From Somniosus microcephalus (taxonomy: Eukaryota), in contig CM126204.1 in NCBI GenBank assembly GCA_052327205.1, positions 349,990,001-350,054,000 on the forward strand: 64,000 bases of DNA. Direction: 5' to 3'. How positions within the stretch are numbered: the stretch's first letter is position 1; every line of letters starts with the position of its first letter. Shown here piece after piece: positions 61,301 to 64,000 of this stretch. The translations under genes and the position numbers were made by a program. Under the pieces are notes generated by a model, which was not told where the DNA came from, made no database searches, and saw only the letters and a list, made by a program, of their open reading frames with translations.

Positions 61301-63699
61301 AAGCAGTGTGCAACGTCATAACACATCTAACGTGAGTGACTGAATATAGTAATGGAAGAATGTTTATAATGCAAAGTTTAATAGCTCAGCCTAAATTATG
61401 CTACTTGACGCGCTCTTCCTGTTTGATTCACTCAGCCACGGAACACCTCTGGTAATTGCTCTATTCTCGCGCCACTGTCACTCCTCACATCCAGCATTTA
61501 CTTCAGGTGTTCCTATTGACAACAAGACAGGTATACTGCGAAAAAATGTTCCGCCAATTAGATATACCGTATGTTTTGTCTGTAAACAGTTTGTGCAAAC
61601 CCACAAGGTTTAAACTGGCGTTTATATTTTTGCTTTCAGATTAACTGTTTGAGGACAACAGAATTATTTCTTGACCAATTTGAATAACAAGATTCTTCTT
61701 AAAGTACCTACAGAAAATACGTAGAATTCTCATTGGCTACACCTTCTGTAATTCGACCGTCAATTTTAAGATATTTAGAGAAAATATAGCGTTCACACAC
61801 TAGACAGTGTTTACTGTACAATTCAATGTGTACAAAATACACCAGCAATCCCATGGAAAAATGGTAATTCACGGCTGCACGTCAGCTATAAGTGAAACAC
61901 ATTCTAATGGTTGTGTTGCCCGAGGTTTAAAAGGACTTTAATTCATATATAGTTATTTGGGCCTAGTTGTTCTTTGCAGCTTTTAATTACATACTTTTTT
62001 TGATATAAAATTGCAAAAGTTTCCTCCCATATATCTCGCTTCTGACTTTATATTAACAAGGGTCGGAATTCAAAGTTATCACAACTTTCATCTTACATAA
62101 ATATTATTTCAAACAAATGCATTTCCAGACGTATCCAGCTGCAAGCTACAACAATTAAATTAATACTAAAAGTGACAGCGACACTCCCAATTAATCTATT
62201 TAAGAATTCTTTTCAAACTATTCAGTATGCAGAACTATTTGAAGCAAGAAAATGAAGTCCTGATGTTGCATTCTATTAAAAAGTAAAAACCGTGGCGCCC
62301 TTTTGCATTAACGTTTCTTGAATTTGAGTTTGGTTTTAAGTTCTGTGACAAACTCAGACGATCAACTATGTGATCATTGCAAGGAAGCCCTATTATTAAT
62401 TTACAAATTGTATTAAAGCTTATCTGCTCTCATTCCTGTGTTTTGCTTCTGTGTCCTCGCATTGGCTTGTTATCAATGACCGATTTGGTATTGGCTATTG
62501 AATGCACTGTAACAGTCGAATTATCACTTATTGCATTTCAGCCCATGGATTGGCAACACATTCATGTGTATCAGTACCTGTAGCGCAGGTTTAAAACGTG
62601 CGGTTGAGGTTTTAGAATGGGTATTGTATTAAATGATCTTGCCCAGTGACTGGTGATAACACTCAATATGGTAACATGATACTAAATCCTATTTACATTT
62701 GAAAAGCATCCCTTACTTTGCTCCTTTTTGACTACAGTTGGTGAGTGGTTTGACTGAATTCCGTATGATAATGAAAATTAAATAGAATACTGGTTCTTTA
62801 ATATAAACCTTCCTGTATTTGGTCACAATGACAGTATTGTGTTTTGATTCACTTGCCTGCCTCTTGGCAAACCTCGTAACTCTGCGGATAAATATACACA
62901 ACTGAAGAGGTTGATCATATAATACTGCAGCACAGCAGTTGATGCATTACTCGCCTTTACTTGGCGTGGGTTTCACTTCCCAACCAACCATTCGTTCTGG
63001 GGAAAGGGCGTCGACTAAGGGCGCTTTATGGATTTACACGTACAGTTGTACTTGTGCTGTAGACCCGCATATGCAACCTGATAAACATCATTTCTTCCAG
63101 TGCGAGACTATTCTTACTTAACAAATTTAACCCATTTCTACGTGTCCCAGTCTTTGAAAATAAATACACTTATATGTTTAGGTGAGTTCAGCCTGCCACA
63201 GTTTTTGTGTTGAGAGGACGCTGCCTGCAATAGGCGGATACTGGCGGCTTCTTGCTGTCACAAACACATTTCCCTGGACAATTCTGAACAGATTTTAAAA
63301 GACAATTTTACTCCGGGTGTAGGTTCCGTGGTGTCATTCTAGTATATAAAGTGCTTCACATATATCTCAATGGTGTGGTATAACTAGGCGCTGTCTTCAG
63401 TATCTCCGCGACCAGAAAATGTGGCCCTAGTTTGGTGGGCGAGTTCAGCGCTGGTCCTGATACATCGCTCTCCAGCTTTCTTCTTGTAATTTTTCATGTA
63501 TTTGTTTTTTCTAATCATTGTTCCTACAGTTTATCTGTGTGCCGACACTCGGATGGTGCCTGGTACTGAGAGGAAAGCGTGTTGCTGCCTGGCCTTTCTG
63601 AGGGACAGGACGGGAGGCGGTGCTGGCTGCAGGTGAGCATTTTCTGGGGCGGAGGAGAGAAACGGGCAGCCCGGGGCAGACTTCACGCCAGGTGAGCAA

Positions 63700-64000
63700 T
63701 GAGGGAGAGAGGAGAGGGAGAGGAAGAGAGGAGAGGGAGAGGAAGAGGGGGGGGAGAGGAAGAGGGGGGGGAGAGAGAGGGGGGGAGAGAGAGAGGGGGG
63801 AGAGAGGGGGGGAGGTGAGGAGGAAGAGAGAGGGGGGAGGTGAGGGGGAAGAGAGAGGGGGTTGAGGGAGGGGGAAGGTGGAGAGAGGGGAGGGAGAGAG
63901 GGAGGTGGTTGGGGGAGAGGGGGGGAGAGAGGGGGGAGGGGAGGGAGAGAGGGGAGGGGAGGAAGGGGGAGGGGAGAGAGAGGGGGGAGAGGGAGGGGGG
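63700..64000 (+). repeat. G/A-rich low-complexity polypurine tract
   Basis: About 300 nt almost only G and A with many G4-G8 runs; runs off the window edge. Confidence 0.95.

Overview
Eukaryotic genomic DNA, almost certainly from a cartilaginous fish: the CR1/HER1-type, L2, DeuSINE and Penelope-associated repeats are typical of sharks (inference; the species cannot be called). The only host gene is a complete 3-exon barhl2 homeobox gene on the + strand (53921-58002, 347 aa). The window has two compartments. About 1-36.8 kb is a dense, nested transposon graveyard: a two-gene PIF/Harbinger element with TIRs and a 3-bp TSD, four ~225-bp solo LTRs, a single-ORF LINE with a tRNA-like head plus its internally deleted SINE derivative, CR1/L2 fragments and several MITEs. 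About 37-64 kb is nearly transposon-free (one RTE copy), contains two N gaps and has blocks that look like conserved enhancers. Most interesting: (1) the tRNA-headed LINE and its head+tail SINE partner, (2) solo LTRs landing repeatedly in or next to Harbinger-type elements, (3) a Tigger-like MITE carrying an alternating ~29-bp minisatellite. No database searches were possible; family names rest on motif recognition and recall.
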